Origin: Escherichia coli
Lineage (GTDB): Bacteria; Pseudomonadota; Gammaproteobacteria; Enterobacterales; Enterobacteriaceae
Assembly (NCBI RefSeq): GCF_011045215.1
Contig: NZ_CP049201.1
Direction: 5' to 3' (one strand)
DNA: 64,000 bases
Numbering within the stretch: the stretch's first letter is position 1; each line of letters starts with the position of its first letter. The notes below the pieces were generated by a model that was not told where the DNA came from, made no database searches, and saw only the letters and a list, made by a program, of their open reading frames with translations. A program made the position numbers and the translations under genes. Positions 49,864 through 64,000 of this stretch are shown here, one piece after another.

Positions 49864-49921
49864 TAAGGCAAAAGCTATAACCCTTACGTAGCAGAGGCTT
49901 ATTTAACTCACTGCCAGCGTG

Positions 49922-50887
49922 TCAACTTTCTGAGACAGATTCAGTTAAAGGTTTTTCTGGTTTTGCTCTGACCGCGATGACCACGCCAATCACTAACAGC
50001 GCGATACCGCTCAGCGTCATTAGCGGCGGCATTTGCTGGCGGAGTAAAAAGGTGTACAGCAAACCTGCCAGCGTTTCGAAAACAATCAGCGGCCCGAGAA
50101 TCACTGTCGGTAATCGCTGGCTGGCGACGTTCCAGCAGAGTGCGCCAACCCATGAGCAAAGCACGGCTATCGCAATCATCAGACTAATAAACACCAGCGG
50201 ACGGGGGCCAAAGGGTAGGGAGAAGTCCGGCGTTTGCGTATTCAGCCAGTAACAAGCGACGAGATAGCCGATAAGTGAAACCGGCAGTGTGACCAGCGCC
50301 TGCGCTGTTGCCCACATCATCGGATGTTTGTCGGGATTTTCCCGCAGCCAGCGGGCGTTGCGCAGGGCATACCACGCCCAGCAGACCACGGAAACTAACG
50401 CCAGCACGATGCCAGAGGTATAACGTGCCCAGTCAAAATTGGGGAGTCCGTGGTTTAACTCAGCAATATTCACACACGCCAGGCCGATGCCAATACAAAT
50501 CAGTGCCGGGGCGAGTTTTCCCCACGCGAGTTTGCCGTCGCGCTGGCTATAAAGCAGATTGGCGAAGACGGGAATCACCACCGGCAGGGTGCCGATAATC
50601 ATCGTGGAAACAGGCGCACCAGTACGTTGAATGGCACTGGCAAGGCAGAAGTAATAGATGAGGTTGCCCATCATAGTGAGCATCAAGGCGGTAAGCCAGT
50701 CGCGACGCGCCAACTGACGCAGACGCACGCGTCCCAGCCAGGCAATGGGCAGCGCAATTAACCCTAACGCCAGATAACGCCCCATCGACTGCAACATCGC
50801 CGGGTATTCCGGCACGATCAACGGCCCGACAAAAATAAGCCCCCACATCAACCCTGCTAACAGGGCGTACAGCACGCCGCTAATCAT
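49922..50887 (-). CDS. ytfF: EamA/DMT-family inner-membrane transporter YtfF
   Basis: ORF 49922..50896 (324 aa); I have used the ATG at 50887 (321 aa, MISGVLYALLAGLMWGLIF...), but the start is uncertain by 3 codons. Confidence 0.85.
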   Translation of the reverse strand: MISGVLYALLAGLMWGLIFVGPLIVPEYPAMLQSMGRYLALGLIALPIAWLGRVRLRQLARRDWLTALMLTMMGNLIYYFCLASAIQRTGAPVSTMIIGTLPVVIPVFANLLYSQRDGKLAWGKLAPALICIGIGLACVNIAELNHGLPNFDWARYTSGIVLALVSVVCWAWYALRNARWLRENPDKHPMMWATAQALVTLPVSLIGYLVACYWLNTQTPDFSLPFGPRPLVFISLMIAIAVLCSWVGALCWNVASQRLPTVILGPLIVFETLAGLLYTFLLRQQMPPLMTLSGIALLVIGVVIAVRAKPEKPLTESVSES

Positions 50888-50994
50888 TACTGGCATCCAT
50901 TGATCTGTCAGAAGAAAGTTCAGGAAGCAGACATGATTGCTCCCGGCATTCCGTCATTATCAGAGAGGATGCGGGAGGATGCCACTTTAATTAA

Positions 50995-51855
50995 CTAGAT
51001 ATTAACATTAAAAAGATGGCTTACGCTTTCGGCTAACGTTGTCGTTGGGTGGCCAATCAATTTGCTAAGTGTTTTGCTGTCATCAAACAGACCGCCTTTC
51101 GATGCGCCAACGTCAGAATCCGCCAGCATATCCGCCAGTCCGTCGGGCAGTCCGACGCTTTTCAGTGCCGCGGCGAAATCGGCTTCGCTCAGATTTTGAT
51201 AGGTAACCTGTTTGCCGCTTTGTTTGGTCAGCTCTGCCACTAACTGTGTCAACGTCCAGGCACTATCGCCCGCCAGTTCGTAAACCTTGCCTTCGTGACC
51301 GGCTTCGCTAATCACGCGTGCCGCAGCTGCCGCATAATCTGCCCGCGTTGCTGAGGCGATTTTGCCATCGCCCGCCGCACCGATAAATACGCCGTGTTCC
51401 AGTGCTGCCGGGGCGCTGGCGAGGTAGTTTTCGCTGTACCAGCCGTTGCGCAGCAGGGTGTAAACGATGCCAGAGTCAGCCAGCATTTTCTCCGTCTCGA
51501 TGTGCTCATCGGCGAGGCCGAGCGGGGAGGTATCTGCATGTAGCAGGCTGGTATAAGCGATAAATTTCACGCCAGCCGCCTTTGCGGCATTAATAACATT
51601 ACGATGCTGCGGGGCACGTTGACCCACTTCGCTGGAAGAGATCAGCAGTAGTTTTTCCACTCCCTGAAGTGCAGATGTCAGTGCGGCTTCATCGCCGTAG
51701 TCAGCCTGACGCACGGTAATGCCTTGTGCTGCCAGGGCCTGGGCTTTTGCCGGATTACGAACGATAGCCACTATTTGGCTGGCAGGAACCGTTTTCATCA
51801 AGGATTCAATAACATAGTGACCAAGTTGGCCAGTGGCACCAGTAATAGCGATCAT
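50995..51855 (-). CDS. qorB: NAD(P)H:quinone oxidoreductase QorB (YtfG)
   Basis: 286-aa ORF with N-terminal Rossmann motif (ITGATGQLG), NmrA-like family. Confidence 0.9.
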   Translation of the reverse strand: MIAITGATGQLGHYVIESLMKTVPASQIVAIVRNPAKAQALAAQGITVRQADYGDEAALTSALQGVEKLLLISSSEVGQRAPQHRNVINAAKAAGVKFIAYTSLLHADTSPLGLADEHIETEKMLADSGIVYTLLRNGWYSENYLASAPAALEHGVFIGAAGDGKIASATRADYAAAAARVISEAGHEGKVYELAGDSAWTLTQLVAELTKQSGKQVTYQNLSEADFAAALKSVGLPDGLADMLADSDVGASKGGLFDDSKTLSKLIGHPTTTLAESVSHLFNVNI

Positions 51856-51943
51856 GGGAAGTCTCCATCGTTTTGTCTTGAGTTTAAATACGCTAACACC
51901 TAAACTTACTTTTAGTAAGTACGTACAAAAAGGTAAGTATGAA

Positions 51944-52324
51944 ATGAGTCAGGTTAGCCTGTCGCAACAACTGAAAGAGGGTAATCTCTTTGCGGAACAG
52001 TGCCCGTCGCGCGAGGTGTTGAAACACGTCACCAGCCGTTGGGGGGTGTTGATTCTGGTGGCGCTACGCGAAGGTACTCATCGCTTTAGCGACCTGCGGC
52101 GCAAAATCGGCGGGGTGAGCGAAAAGATGCTTGCGCAGTCGTTACAGGCGTTAGAACAGGATGGTTTTCTTAACCGTATCGCGTATCCGGTGGTGCCGCC
52201 GCATGTGGAATATAGCCTCACGCCGCTGGGCGAGCAGGTGAGCGAAAAGGTTGCTGCACTGGCGGACTGGATTGAGTTGAATTTGCCCGAGGTGTTGGCG
52301 GTGCGGGATGAACGTGCGGCATAA
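51944..52324 (+). CDS. ytfH: HxlR-type winged-helix transcriptional regulator YtfH
   Basis: 126 aa from MSQVSLSQQLKEGNLFAEQCPSREVL (ATG 51944); the listed 163-aa ORF extends upstream into the divergent ytfG start region. Confidence 0.85.
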   Translation: MSQVSLSQQLKEGNLFAEQCPSREVLKHVTSRWGVLILVALREGTHRFSDLRRKIGGVSEKMLAQSLQALEQDGFLNRIAYPVVPPHVEYSLTPLGEQVSEKVAALADWIELNLPEVLAVRDERAA

Positions 52325-52325
52325 C

Positions 52326-52430
52326 TGCCGGATGCGCGGCCTACGGTGTATGACTTGTAGGGCGGATAAGATGCGCCAGCATCGCATCCGCCAATAAATG
52401 CCGGATGCGGTTGATGATTTATAGGCCGAA
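52326..52430. repeat. REP-like repeat cluster downstream of ytfH
   Basis: Several GCCGGATGCG / TGTAGGGCGGATAAG ... CATCCGCC REP-type units in alternating orientation. Confidence 0.55.
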
Positions 52431-52441
52431 AAAGAAGTGTT

Positions 52442-54385
52442 TTACTTACTCAAATCCACCTGATAAATCGCAAACCCGATATCATCGGTCGCGACTTTAT
52501 TCATCGGATATTGCCCTTTCTCTTTAATAAACGCTGCGGCTTTATCTGACGGGGAAGTTTCGAAACGGATATCCAGTTTCTTATCGCCAGCAATCGGTGC
52601 TAAACGCCAGTTGTTATCTGCCGCCGGGTGAATTTCCCCCGCACGTTTCGACTCATCAGCAAACCACGCTGCCAGCACCGAGCGGTTCTCATCCGGTGAA
52701 GCAAAAGCGATATGGCTGTCGCCCGTACCGGCAAATTTGCCGCCGTAAGCGCGATAGTTATTGGTGGCAACGAGGAACATAGCGTTCGGATCAATCGGCT
52801 TGCCATTAAAGGTCAGGTTCTTAATCCTTTCCGCATTGGCATTAATCATCTGGCACTCGCCGTCATAACGGGCGGGCTGGGTAACATCAATCTGATAATT
52901 CACACCATCAATAACATCAAAGTTATAGGTGCGGAAACCGTCCCAGTTGATGAGTGACTGTGGTTTCGTGCTGTTAGGATCAATCTGGTTAAACTGTCCG
53001 GCGGAGCACTCCAGCCACTCTTTCACCTCTTTACCGCTGGCTTTCACCACAATCAGCGTATTGGGGTAGAGATAAAGATCGGCGGCATTACGGAAGGTCA
53101 ACTGGCCTTTTTCCACCTCCACATAGCTTGCCGGGTCATTTTTGCGACCACCAACTTTAAACGGTGCGGCAGCTGAAAGCACCGGCAGTTTTGCCAGATC
53201 CGGATCGCCCTGAATGTAATGCTCGACATACGCTTTTTGCGCGTTGTTCACCACCTGCACGGTCGGATCGTCCTGCACCAGCGCCAGATAGCTATACATA
53301 TTGTCGGCAGATTTACCGATTGGCTTGCTGACGAACTGGCGTGTGGCATCGTGATCGGCTTTGAGTGTTTCTACCAGCTTGCTGTCTTCCGCTGCGAGTG
53401 ATTTTTTATTAGCGATATCGTAAATCGGCCGTGCTTCCGCTTTCGCCTGCGTCACCTGCCATTTACCGCTGTCATTACTGAGTTGTAAGTCGACCACCCC
53501 AAGATGATCGCCCCACATGCCTGGCATTACCGCCGGAACACCATTCAGCGTGCCTTTGGCGATATCAGCCCCTTCGATATCAGCAAAATCTTTACCCGGG
53601 AAAACGGCGTGAGCATGGCCAAACATAATGGCGTTAACGCCCGGAATTTCACTGAGGTAATAAACTGAGTTTTCCGCCATCACTTTATACGGATCGGCAG
53701 ACAGCCCGGAATGTGCCAGAACGACAACAACATCGGCACCTTTCTCGCGCATTTCAGGCACGTATTTGCGCACGGTTTCGGTAATATCATTCACTGTCAC
53801 TTTCCCGGATAAATTAGCTTTATCCCAGCCCATGATTTGTGGCGGCACGACGCCAATATAGCCAATCTTCAGCGTCTGTTTTTTTCCGTCTTTATCGACC
53901 ACTTCGGTGTCTTTAATTAAATACGGTGTAAACATTGGCTGTTTGGTTCTGGCGTCAATGACGTTGGCATTTACATAAGGGAATTTCGCTCCTGCCAGCG
54001 CATTTTTCAGGTAATCCAGACCGTAGTTAAACTCGTGGTTGCCAAGCGTTCCGACGGTATAGTCCAGCGTATTTAATGCCTTATAGACCGGGTGAATATC
54101 ACCTGCTTTTAATCCTTTCGCCGACATGTAATCGGCCAGCGGACTCCCCTGAATCAAATCGCCGTTATCGACCAGTACGCTGTTTTTAACTTCATTGCGG
54201 GCATCGTTAATCAGGCTTGCCGTACGTACCAGTCCGAATTTTTCCGTGGCGGTGTCTTTGTAATAATCGAAATCCATCATGTTGCTATGCAGATCAGTGG
54301 TTTCCATGATACGCAGATCGACCGTCGCTGCATTCACACTGGCGGCAATCAGCGTGGCCAGGAGCGTTGCGCTAAACTTAATCAT
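52442..54385 (-). CDS. cpdB: Periplasmic 2',3'-cyclic-nucleotide 2'-phosphodiesterase / 3'-nucleotidase CpdB
   Basis: 647 aa from [28 protein letters not shown] (signal peptide); metallophosphatase plus 5'-nucleotidase C domain. Confidence 0.93.
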   Translation of the reverse strand: MIKFSATLLATLIAASVNAATVDLRIMETTDLHSNMMDFDYYKDTATEKFGLVRTASLINDARNEVKNSVLVDNGDLIQGSPLADYMSAKGLKAGDIHPVYKALNTLDYTVGTLGNHEFNYGLDYLKNALAGAKFPYVNANVIDARTKQPMFTPYLIKDTEVVDKDGKKQTLKIGYIGVVPPQIMGWDKANLSGKVTVNDITETVRKYVPEMREKGADVVVVLAHSGLSADPYKVMAENSVYYLSEIPGVNAIMFGHAHAVFPGKDFADIEGADIAKGTLNGVPAVMPGMWGDHLGVVDLQLSNDSGKWQVTQAKAEARPIYDIANKKSLAAEDSKLVETLKADHDATRQFVSKPIGKSADNMYSYLALVQDDPTVQVVNNAQKAYVEHYIQGDPDLAKLPVLSAAAPFKVGGRKNDPASYVEVEKGQLTFRNAADLYLYPNTLIVVKASGKEVKEWLECSAGQFNQIDPNSTKPQSLINWDGFRTYNFDVIDGVNYQIDVTQPARYDGECQMINANAERIKNLTFNGKPIDPNAMFLVATNNYRAYGGKFAGTGDSHIAFASPDENRSVLAAWFADESKRAGEIHPAADNNWRLAPIAGDKKLDIRFETSPSDKAAAFIKEKGQYPMNKVATDDIGFAIYQVDLSK

Positions 54386-54574
54386 CAGGGACATCCTTTT
54401 ATCATCGGGAATACGAAAGAAAAGGGAGAATAAACGTCTTACTTATAGAACAGTGAAGAATGCCACAATTTTACGCTTTGAAAATGATGACACTATCACA
54501 GTTGGCGCATTCATTAACGATAGGGTATAAGTAAAACAATAAGTTAACACCGCTCACAGAGACGAGGTGGAGAA

Positions 54575-55315
54575 ATGTTAGATCAAGTATGCCAGCTTGC
54601 ACGGAATGCAGGCGATGCCATTATGCAGGTCTACGACGGGACGAAACCGATGGACGTCGTCAGCAAAGCGGACAATTCTCCGGTAACGGCAGCGGATATT
54701 GCCGCACACACCGTTATCATGGACGGTTTACGTACGCTGACACCGGATATTCCGGTCCTTTCTGAAGAAGATCCTCCTGGTTGGGAAGTCCGTCAGCACT
54801 GGCAGCGTTACTGGCTGGTAGACCCGCTGGATGGTACTAAAGAGTTTATTAAACGTAATGGCGAATTCACCGTTAACATTGCACTCATTGACCATGGCAA
54901 ACCGATTTTAGGTGTGGTGTATGCGCCGGTAATGAACGTAATGTACAGCGCGGCAGAAGGCAAAGCGTGGAAAGAAGAGTGCGGTGTGCGCAAGCAGATT
55001 CAGGTCCGCGATGCGCGCCCGCCGCTGGTGGTTATCAGCCGTTCCCATGCAGATGCGGAGCTGAAAGAGTATCTGCAACAGCTTGGCGAACATCAGACCA
55101 CATCCATCGGCTCTTCGCTGAAATTCTGCCTAGTGGCGGAAGGACAGGCGCAGCTGTACCCGCGCTTCGGACCAACGAATATTTGGGACACCGCCGCTGG
55201 ACATGCTGTGGCTGCAGCTGCCGGAGCGCACGTTCACGACTGGCAGGGTAAACCGCTGGATTACACTCCGCGCGAGTCGTTCCTGAATCCGGGGTTCAGA
55301 GTGTCTATTTACTAA
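54575..55315 (+). CDS. cysQ: 3'(2'),5'-bisphosphate nucleotidase CysQ
   Basis: 246-aa ORF with inositol-monophosphatase-family motifs ([12 protein letters not shown]). Confidence 0.95.
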   Translation: MLDQVCQLARNAGDAIMQVYDGTKPMDVVSKADNSPVTAADIAAHTVIMDGLRTLTPDIPVLSEEDPPGWEVRQHWQRYWLVDPLDGTKEFIKRNGEFTVNIALIDHGKPILGVVYAPVMNVMYSAAEGKAWKEECGVRKQIQVRDARPPLVVISRSHADAELKEYLQQLGEHQTTSIGSSLKFCLVAEGQAQLYPRFGPTNIWDTAAGHAVAAAAGAHVHDWQGKPLDYTPRESFLNPGFRVSIY

Positions 55316-55526
55316 ATTCAGATGGCAGAAACAGTGTATTTCCTGATTCTGCCATCCTGATTTATCCCAACCTAATAAGTTATAAATAAAAAGAGATTGT
55401 ATTTAAAGTGCAAAAATTCAATTGCTAATAAGTTACATTTTAATAATGAGCGTTTTTTGATAGTTTACTTCTATAATGAGATATTTAATGGCGACATAAA
55501 ATAACGAAATAAAATAAGGTAGCCAT

Positions 55527-56465
55527 ATGTTACCCAGGATCAGACACAATAATTTTATTGGTGCGGTGGAGTTATTTGTAAAATCATCGCATACAAAAAC
55601 ACATTTAAACAATTTTTTAAATAATATTCAGCATGCATTTAAGAAAAAAGATTGGATTTCGAATTATGATTGCCTGTTAACTTTGCGGGAGTTCTTTCGT
55701 TGCGCAACTCAGATTGATAAAGATAGTTATCAAGTGCTTTCATCAAAAAATGGAACTGTTAACGCTATGGATAAGTTTCTTATCAGTTTCAGCCTTAAAG
55801 ATAACGGTGCCGAATATACAATGACATTGCGAGGCAGTGGATTTGAATACGAAGAAATCCCCATAACAATAAATGAGTATAACTCATTCATGGATTTCAA
55901 AAACCGTGAATTTCCGTTAGAACAAAACAGACGATTGTATGCCTGGGATATTCTGCAGAAAAAACAGTCTGACATACCGAAAAGGATTAAAGGTTATATT
56001 CACCAGGCGATTGGTGACGTGTCTTTAGGTTATGCCTTATTGGAGGATATAGTAAGCAAATTAAAACGGGGTAAATTTGAACTCCAAATACCAGCAGGTG
56101 GAATTAAAGAATGCGATGGATGGTATATTTACGAAAAAATAATTGATGATAATTTTGCCATAGTCATAGAATCTTTGGGCTTTGCGCTTAAAATCTATGG
56201 AGGGGATGAACGTTTTCGTAATGGTTCCTCTGTTGTTTTGGAGGATGAAGATTACTCTCTTATTTATAATTTTCTGGTTAATGCAGGTTGCCAACAAGTC
56301 GGATTAGCCGAACAAGTGGATGCGATAGTAAGTGCGAATCTGGCCGCAGATAGTGATATTACCAAAGAAAAGATTTGCGAGAAATATAAATCGACCATTG
56401 AGGCGTTTAAAAAAGAGCAACTAGCGTTACCAGTATTAGTTCGGTGTAAGAACTCAGAGACTTAA
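55527..56465 (+). CDS. ytfI: Uncharacterised protein YtfI
   Basis: 312-aa ORF in strongly AT-rich DNA; recognised as YtfI; no known domain. Confidence 0.8.
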   Translation: MLPRIRHNNFIGAVELFVKSSHTKTHLNNFLNNIQHAFKKKDWISNYDCLLTLREFFRCATQIDKDSYQVLSSKNGTVNAMDKFLISFSLKDNGAEYTMTLRGSGFEYEEIPITINEYNSFMDFKNREFPLEQNRRLYAWDILQKKQSDIPKRIKGYIHQAIGDVSLGYALLEDIVSKLKRGKFELQIPAGGIKECDGWYIYEKIIDDNFAIVIESLGFALKIYGGDERFRNGSSVVLEDEDYSLIYNFLVNAGCQQVGLAEQVDAIVSANLAADSDITKEKICEKYKSTIEAFKKEQLALPVLVRCKNSET

Positions 56466-56527
56466 TTCCCCTATCCCATAGATAACGATAGGGGAAAATT
56501 ATTTTTGCAGAATTTATGTTATTGCCA

Positions 56528-57082
56528 TTATTTGAGCAACTTTTGCAGCAGGTCCATCACTTGCTGCACCTCTTCCTGAGTGAGCGCCCCGTCTTTGGCC
56601 CATTGCACGCGACCGTCTTTATCCAGCACCACTACAGCGGAACTTTCTTCATCCAGCTGCCAGGCACCGCGCGCGACGCCATTGCTATCGACAATAAACT
56701 GCGACCAGGGATAAAGCTTTTTATTACTCTCCAGACTGCTGCGCACAAACATCCCTGAACCCGGAATCGCGTCGTCGGTGTTAACAATGGTGGTGGTCTG
56801 GTAACGATCGTGCGGTAACTTCGCTGATTTAATCGCTTCAATCAGCGTCGCGTTTTTCTCTTTTGCAGAGGTGCGACCAGCAATATGTTGCAGTACTCGC
56901 ACTTTTCCCACTAACTGCGCGCTGTTCCAGGTTTTGTAGCTAAACTGATCTTTATCAAGCACCAACTCGCCCCGATCGGTAATGCCAATCGGCGGCACTC
57001 GCTGACCGGTTTCGAACTGATGTGCGGAAGCCATCATCGGCAGCAGCAGGCAGGTGAGTGCCAGAATCTTGCGTAGGGTCAT
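56528..57082 (-). CDS. ytfJ: Periplasmic protein YtfJ (thioredoxin-like, DUF1107)
   Basis: 184-aa ORF with signal peptide MTLRKILALTCLLLPMMASA. Confidence 0.88.
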   Translation of the reverse strand: MTLRKILALTCLLLPMMASAHQFETGQRVPPIGITDRGELVLDKDQFSYKTWNSAQLVGKVRVLQHIAGRTSAKEKNATLIEAIKSAKLPHDRYQTTTIVNTDDAIPGSGMFVRSSLESNKKLYPWSQFIVDSNGVARGAWQLDEESSAVVVLDKDGRVQWAKDGALTQEEVQQVMDLLQKLLK

Positions 57083-57406
57083 GGTGTTTCCTTCTTATGA
57101 TATGCAGGTGATCCGACCACTTGGGTCTGAGTTTTAATCATATGTGCTATTTATCGAATTTCCCGCAAGTGTGATGCCAGTTTGCGGTCAAGCGCACAAA
57201 TCATATGAAAAATGAATGCTTATACTGAAGACCGCGCTTCGGTAAAAAGATAATTCTGAATAATTGTAACCTTTAGGTAAAAAAAGTTATACGCGGTGGA
57301 AACATTGCCCGGATAGTCTATAGTCACTAAGCATTAAAATTTGCGCCTCATAATAGTTGGGCCGATTGTGGCACCGCACAGGCGTAATACTCAGCAGGAG
57401 ATAACA

Positions 57407-57613
57407 ATGAAAATTTTCCAACGGTACAACCCACTTCAGGTGGCGAAGTACGTAAAGATCCTGTTCCGTGGACGGTTATACATCAAGGACGTTGGCGCTT
57501 TTGAATTCGATAAGGGTAAGATTCTTATCCCAAAAGTGAAGGATAAGCTGCATTTGTCAGTGATGTCCGAAGTTAACCGTCAGGTTATGCGTCTGCAAAC
57601 AGAGATGGCTTAA
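57407..57613 (+). CDS. ytfK: Small protein YtfK (DUF1107)
   Basis: 68 aa from [20 protein letters not shown] (ATG 57407 with AGGAG SD); the listed 90-aa ORF is an upstream extension. Confidence 0.85.
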
Positions 57614-57636
57614 CCAAAGTGCTATGCAGTAATAAG

Positions 57637-57665
57637 ACGGCTCCTGATTCAGGAGCCGTTGATGT
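57637..57665. terminator. Bidirectional terminator between convergent ytfK and ytfL
   Basis: Stem ACGGCTCCT-GATTC-AGGAGCCGT followed by TGATGTTT. Confidence 0.65.
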
Positions 57666-57674
57666 TTCTGGGGG

Positions 57675-59018
57675 TTACGCGACGCTTTCTTCTTTATCTT
57701 TAGCGTCAGGCAGTTTTGGCGAAAGGGCTGTGGCCTTGCTGTCGATCCGGGTCACCAGCAGCTGGTCGATGCGGTAGTTATCGATATCCACCACTTCAAA
57801 TTTGTAGCCGGCGAATTTCACCGAATCGGTGCGTTTCGGGATCTTACGCAGCATAAACATCATAAAGCCGCCGATGGTTTCGTAGTTGCCCGACTGCGGG
57901 AACTCGTCAATATCCAGCACGCGCATGACGTCGTCAATCGGGGTGCCGCCGTCAATCAGCCATGAGTTCTCATCACGGGCGACAATCTGCTCTTCCAGCC
58001 CCTGGCCGACCAGATCGCCCATCAGCGTGGTCATCACGTCGTTGAGGGTGATGATCCCCACTACCAGCGCGTACTCGTTCATGATCACCGCGAAGTCTTC
58101 ACCTGCGGTTTTAAAACTTTCCAACGCCTCTGAAAGGGTTAACGTATCCGGCACAATCAGCGTGTTGCGAATTTGTACGCCGCTGTTCAGTGCCAGGCTT
58201 TGGTTAGCCAGCACGCGGTTCAGCAGGTCTTTAGAATCGACATAACCGATGATGTGGTCAATATCTTCATTACAGACGAGGAACTTAGAGTGCGGATGTT
58301 CCGCCACTTTATTCTTCAGACTTTGCTCATCTTCGTGGAGATCAAACCAAATCACGTTTTCACGCGGTGTCATTGACGACGGAACGGTACGGGATTCCAG
58401 CTCAAAGACGTTTTCAATCAGCTCGTGTTCCTGTTTACGTAACACGCCCGCCAGCGCACCGGCTTCCACTACCGCGTAGATGTCATCAGAAGTGATGTCA
58501 TCTTTACGTACCATTGGCAGTTTGAAAATACGGAAGATTATGTTCGCCAGGCCGTTGAAGAACCACACCAGCGGGGTGCAAACGTACAGGCAGAAGCGCA
58601 TCGGGTTGATGATACGCAAAGCCACCGCTTCTGGCGCAATCATACCGATGCGTTTCGGGGTTAAATCCGCAAACAGGATAAACATGCCAGTCACTAACGA
58701 GAAAGAGAGAATAAAGCTCAGTTGCTCAGAGAGCTCTGCCGACATATAGCGGGAGAACAGGCTGTGAAAAGCTGGAGAAAATGCCGCATCACCGACGATA
58801 CCGCCGAGAATCGCCACTGCGTTCAGACCGATTTGGACCACGGTAAAGAACATGCCGGGATTTTCCTGCATATTCAGAACGCGTTGGGCATTTATATTGC
58901 CTTCATCAGCCAGCAGTTTAAGTTTGATTTTGCGTGAGGCGGCAAGCGAGATCTCGGACATCGAGAAGAACGCACTTACAGCGATCAAGCAGAGTATGAC
59001 TAAAATACTGTTTAACAT
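57675..59018 (-). CDS. ytfL: Inner-membrane protein YtfL (CNNM/TlyC family, DUF21-CBS-CorC)
   Basis: 447-aa ORF with N-terminal TM domain, CBS pair and CorC_HlyC C-terminal domain. Confidence 0.9.
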   Translation of the reverse strand: MLNSILVILCLIAVSAFFSMSEISLAASRKIKLKLLADEGNINAQRVLNMQENPGMFFTVVQIGLNAVAILGGIVGDAAFSPAFHSLFSRYMSAELSEQLSFILSFSLVTGMFILFADLTPKRIGMIAPEAVALRIINPMRFCLYVCTPLVWFFNGLANIIFRIFKLPMVRKDDITSDDIYAVVEAGALAGVLRKQEHELIENVFELESRTVPSSMTPRENVIWFDLHEDEQSLKNKVAEHPHSKFLVCNEDIDHIIGYVDSKDLLNRVLANQSLALNSGVQIRNTLIVPDTLTLSEALESFKTAGEDFAVIMNEYALVVGIITLNDVMTTLMGDLVGQGLEEQIVARDENSWLIDGGTPIDDVMRVLDIDEFPQSGNYETIGGFMMFMLRKIPKRTDSVKFAGYKFEVVDIDNYRIDQLLVTRIDSKATALSPKLPDAKDKEESVA

Positions 59019-59194
59019 ATCTTATCCGACCTTTCAGGCCAGATCCTCGGAAGGGGAAGTTGATTAATTTGTGTGAAATACACATTGAAAGCCGATTCGA
59101 AGAAAGTGAACCGGCATTTTCAGTGGCTAGTATAGCGTAAGGTACTGTAAAGTCGCCAGAGGGTTAAAATTCAGACTGCTGATAAATGCAATAC

Positions 59195-59294
59195 TGCCTG
59201 ATGCGCTATGCCGATCAGGCCTACGCAGTCCTTGCAATATATTGAATTTGGACGATTTTGTAGGCCTGGTAAGGCGTTTACGCCGCATCCGGCA
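59195..59294. repeat. BIME: two REP elements in inverted orientation
   Basis: TGCCTGATGCGCTATGCCGATCAGGCCTACG (59195-59225) and TGTAGGCCTGGTAAGGCGTTTACGCCGCATCCGGCA (59259-59294). Confidence 0.75.
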
Positions 59295-59340
59295 TAAATA
59301 AAGCGCACTTTATCAACAATCTACATTTGTACCCGTAACG

Positions 59341-59979
59341 CTATGCTTCCGGTGGCAGACAGACGCCAATTCCGCCAATTCCACAGTAACCATACGGGTT
59401 TTTATGCAGATATTGCTGGTGGTCATCTTCGGCATAATAAAACGGTGTGGCGTTAGCGATTTCCGTGGTGATGTGACGATCGTCATCGGCGGCAAGCATC
59501 GCCGCCTGAAAACGTTCCAGACTGGCGCGAGCTGCGGCATCCTGTTCTGGGGTCAGCGGATAAATCGCTGAACGATACTGCGTGCCGTGGTCATTGCCCT
59601 GACGCATTCCCTGGGCGGGATCGTGATTCTCCCAAAATACCTGTAGCAACTGCTCATAGCTGATGACGGAAGGATCGTAAACAATGCGTACCGCTTCGGC
59701 ATGACCCGTATCACCGGAGTACACTTCCCGATAAGTCGGATTTGGCGTATAGCCGCCGGTATAGCCTGCGGCGGTGCTGTAAACGCCGGGTAACTGCCAG
59801 AACAGACGCTCCACACCCCAGAAACAACCCATCGCAAAAATGGCAATCTCCATTCCGTCAGGTACATTGGTCATTGAGTGACCGTTGACCGCATGCAGCG
59901 TGGCTACGGGCATCGGGGTGTTACGTCCAGGCAGGGCATCGGCGGGGGAAACCAGATGCTTTTTATCAAATAAACTCAT
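59341..59979 (-). CDS. msrA: Peptide methionine sulfoxide reductase MsrA
   Basis: 212 aa from [16 protein letters not shown]; catalytic GCFWG motif. Confidence 0.93.
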   Translation of the reverse strand: MSLFDKKHLVSPADALPGRNTPMPVATLHAVNGHSMTNVPDGMEIAIFAMGCFWGVERLFWQLPGVYSTAAGYTGGYTPNPTYREVYSGDTGHAEAVRIVYDPSVISYEQLLQVFWENHDPAQGMRQGNDHGTQYRSAIYPLTPEQDAAARASLERFQAAMLAADDDRHITTEIANATPFYYAEDDHQQYLHKNPYGYCGIGGIGVCLPPEA

Positions 59980-60142
59980 GGTGTCGCTCTCCCGAAAATC
60001 GGTCATTGGGGTTAAGGTTGTAACAAGAGGCGTATTTGCACACAATAACCACCGTGAATAGGTCTAAAGTAAAACATAAGAAATATTTGGGGTTTAGTCT
60101 GCTTTTTAATCCATATTACTGGATTTTTGTTAAGCCGTTTAA

Positions 60143-64000
<3,858 letters not shown>

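Noticed and set aside
57083-57406. A Pho box upstream of ytfK
   Set aside because: I could not find a convincing CTGTCAT direct-repeat match by eye, so no site is reported.

Overview
This window is a contiguous, gene-dense stretch of an Escherichia coli K-12-like chromosome (roughly the 94.5-95.8 min region), running from the 3' end of epmA to the 5' part of tamB. Gene order is: epmA, yjeM, mscM, psd, rsgA, orn, one tRNA-Gly(GCC), the datA DnaA-box cluster, queG, nnr, tsaE, amiB, mutL, miaA, hfq, hflXKC, yjeT, purA, nsrR, rnr, rlmB, yjfIJKLMC, aidB, yjfN, bsmA, yjfP, the ulaR/ulaG/ulaABCDEF ascorbate regulon, yjfY, rpsF-priB-rpsR-rplI, yjfZ, ytfA, ytfB, fklB, cycA, ytfEFGH, cpdB, cysQ, ytfIJKL, msrA, tamA, tamB. 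Almost all of it is well-characterised core genome; gene identities rest on my recognition of the translated ORFs, and starts were trimmed to remembered protein lengths. Two things look different from the K-12 MG1655 reference as I remember it: (1) a roughly 1.75 kb IS200/IS605-family (IS609-like) element sits between the ytfA fragment and ytfB, with a frameshifted tnpA but an apparently intact tnpB; (2) only one tRNA-Gly(GCC) gene is present where MG1655 has three tandem copies (glyV-glyX-glyY). I could not run any alignment, so both differences are from memory and need checking. I found no CRISPR array, prophage or obviously novel multi-gene system; the least-understood content is the conserved yjfIJKLMC cluster and the AT-rich orphan genes yjfZ and ytfI. 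Other sequence-visible elements are REP/BIME repeats, several intrinsic terminators, and an NsrR operator in front of ytfE.
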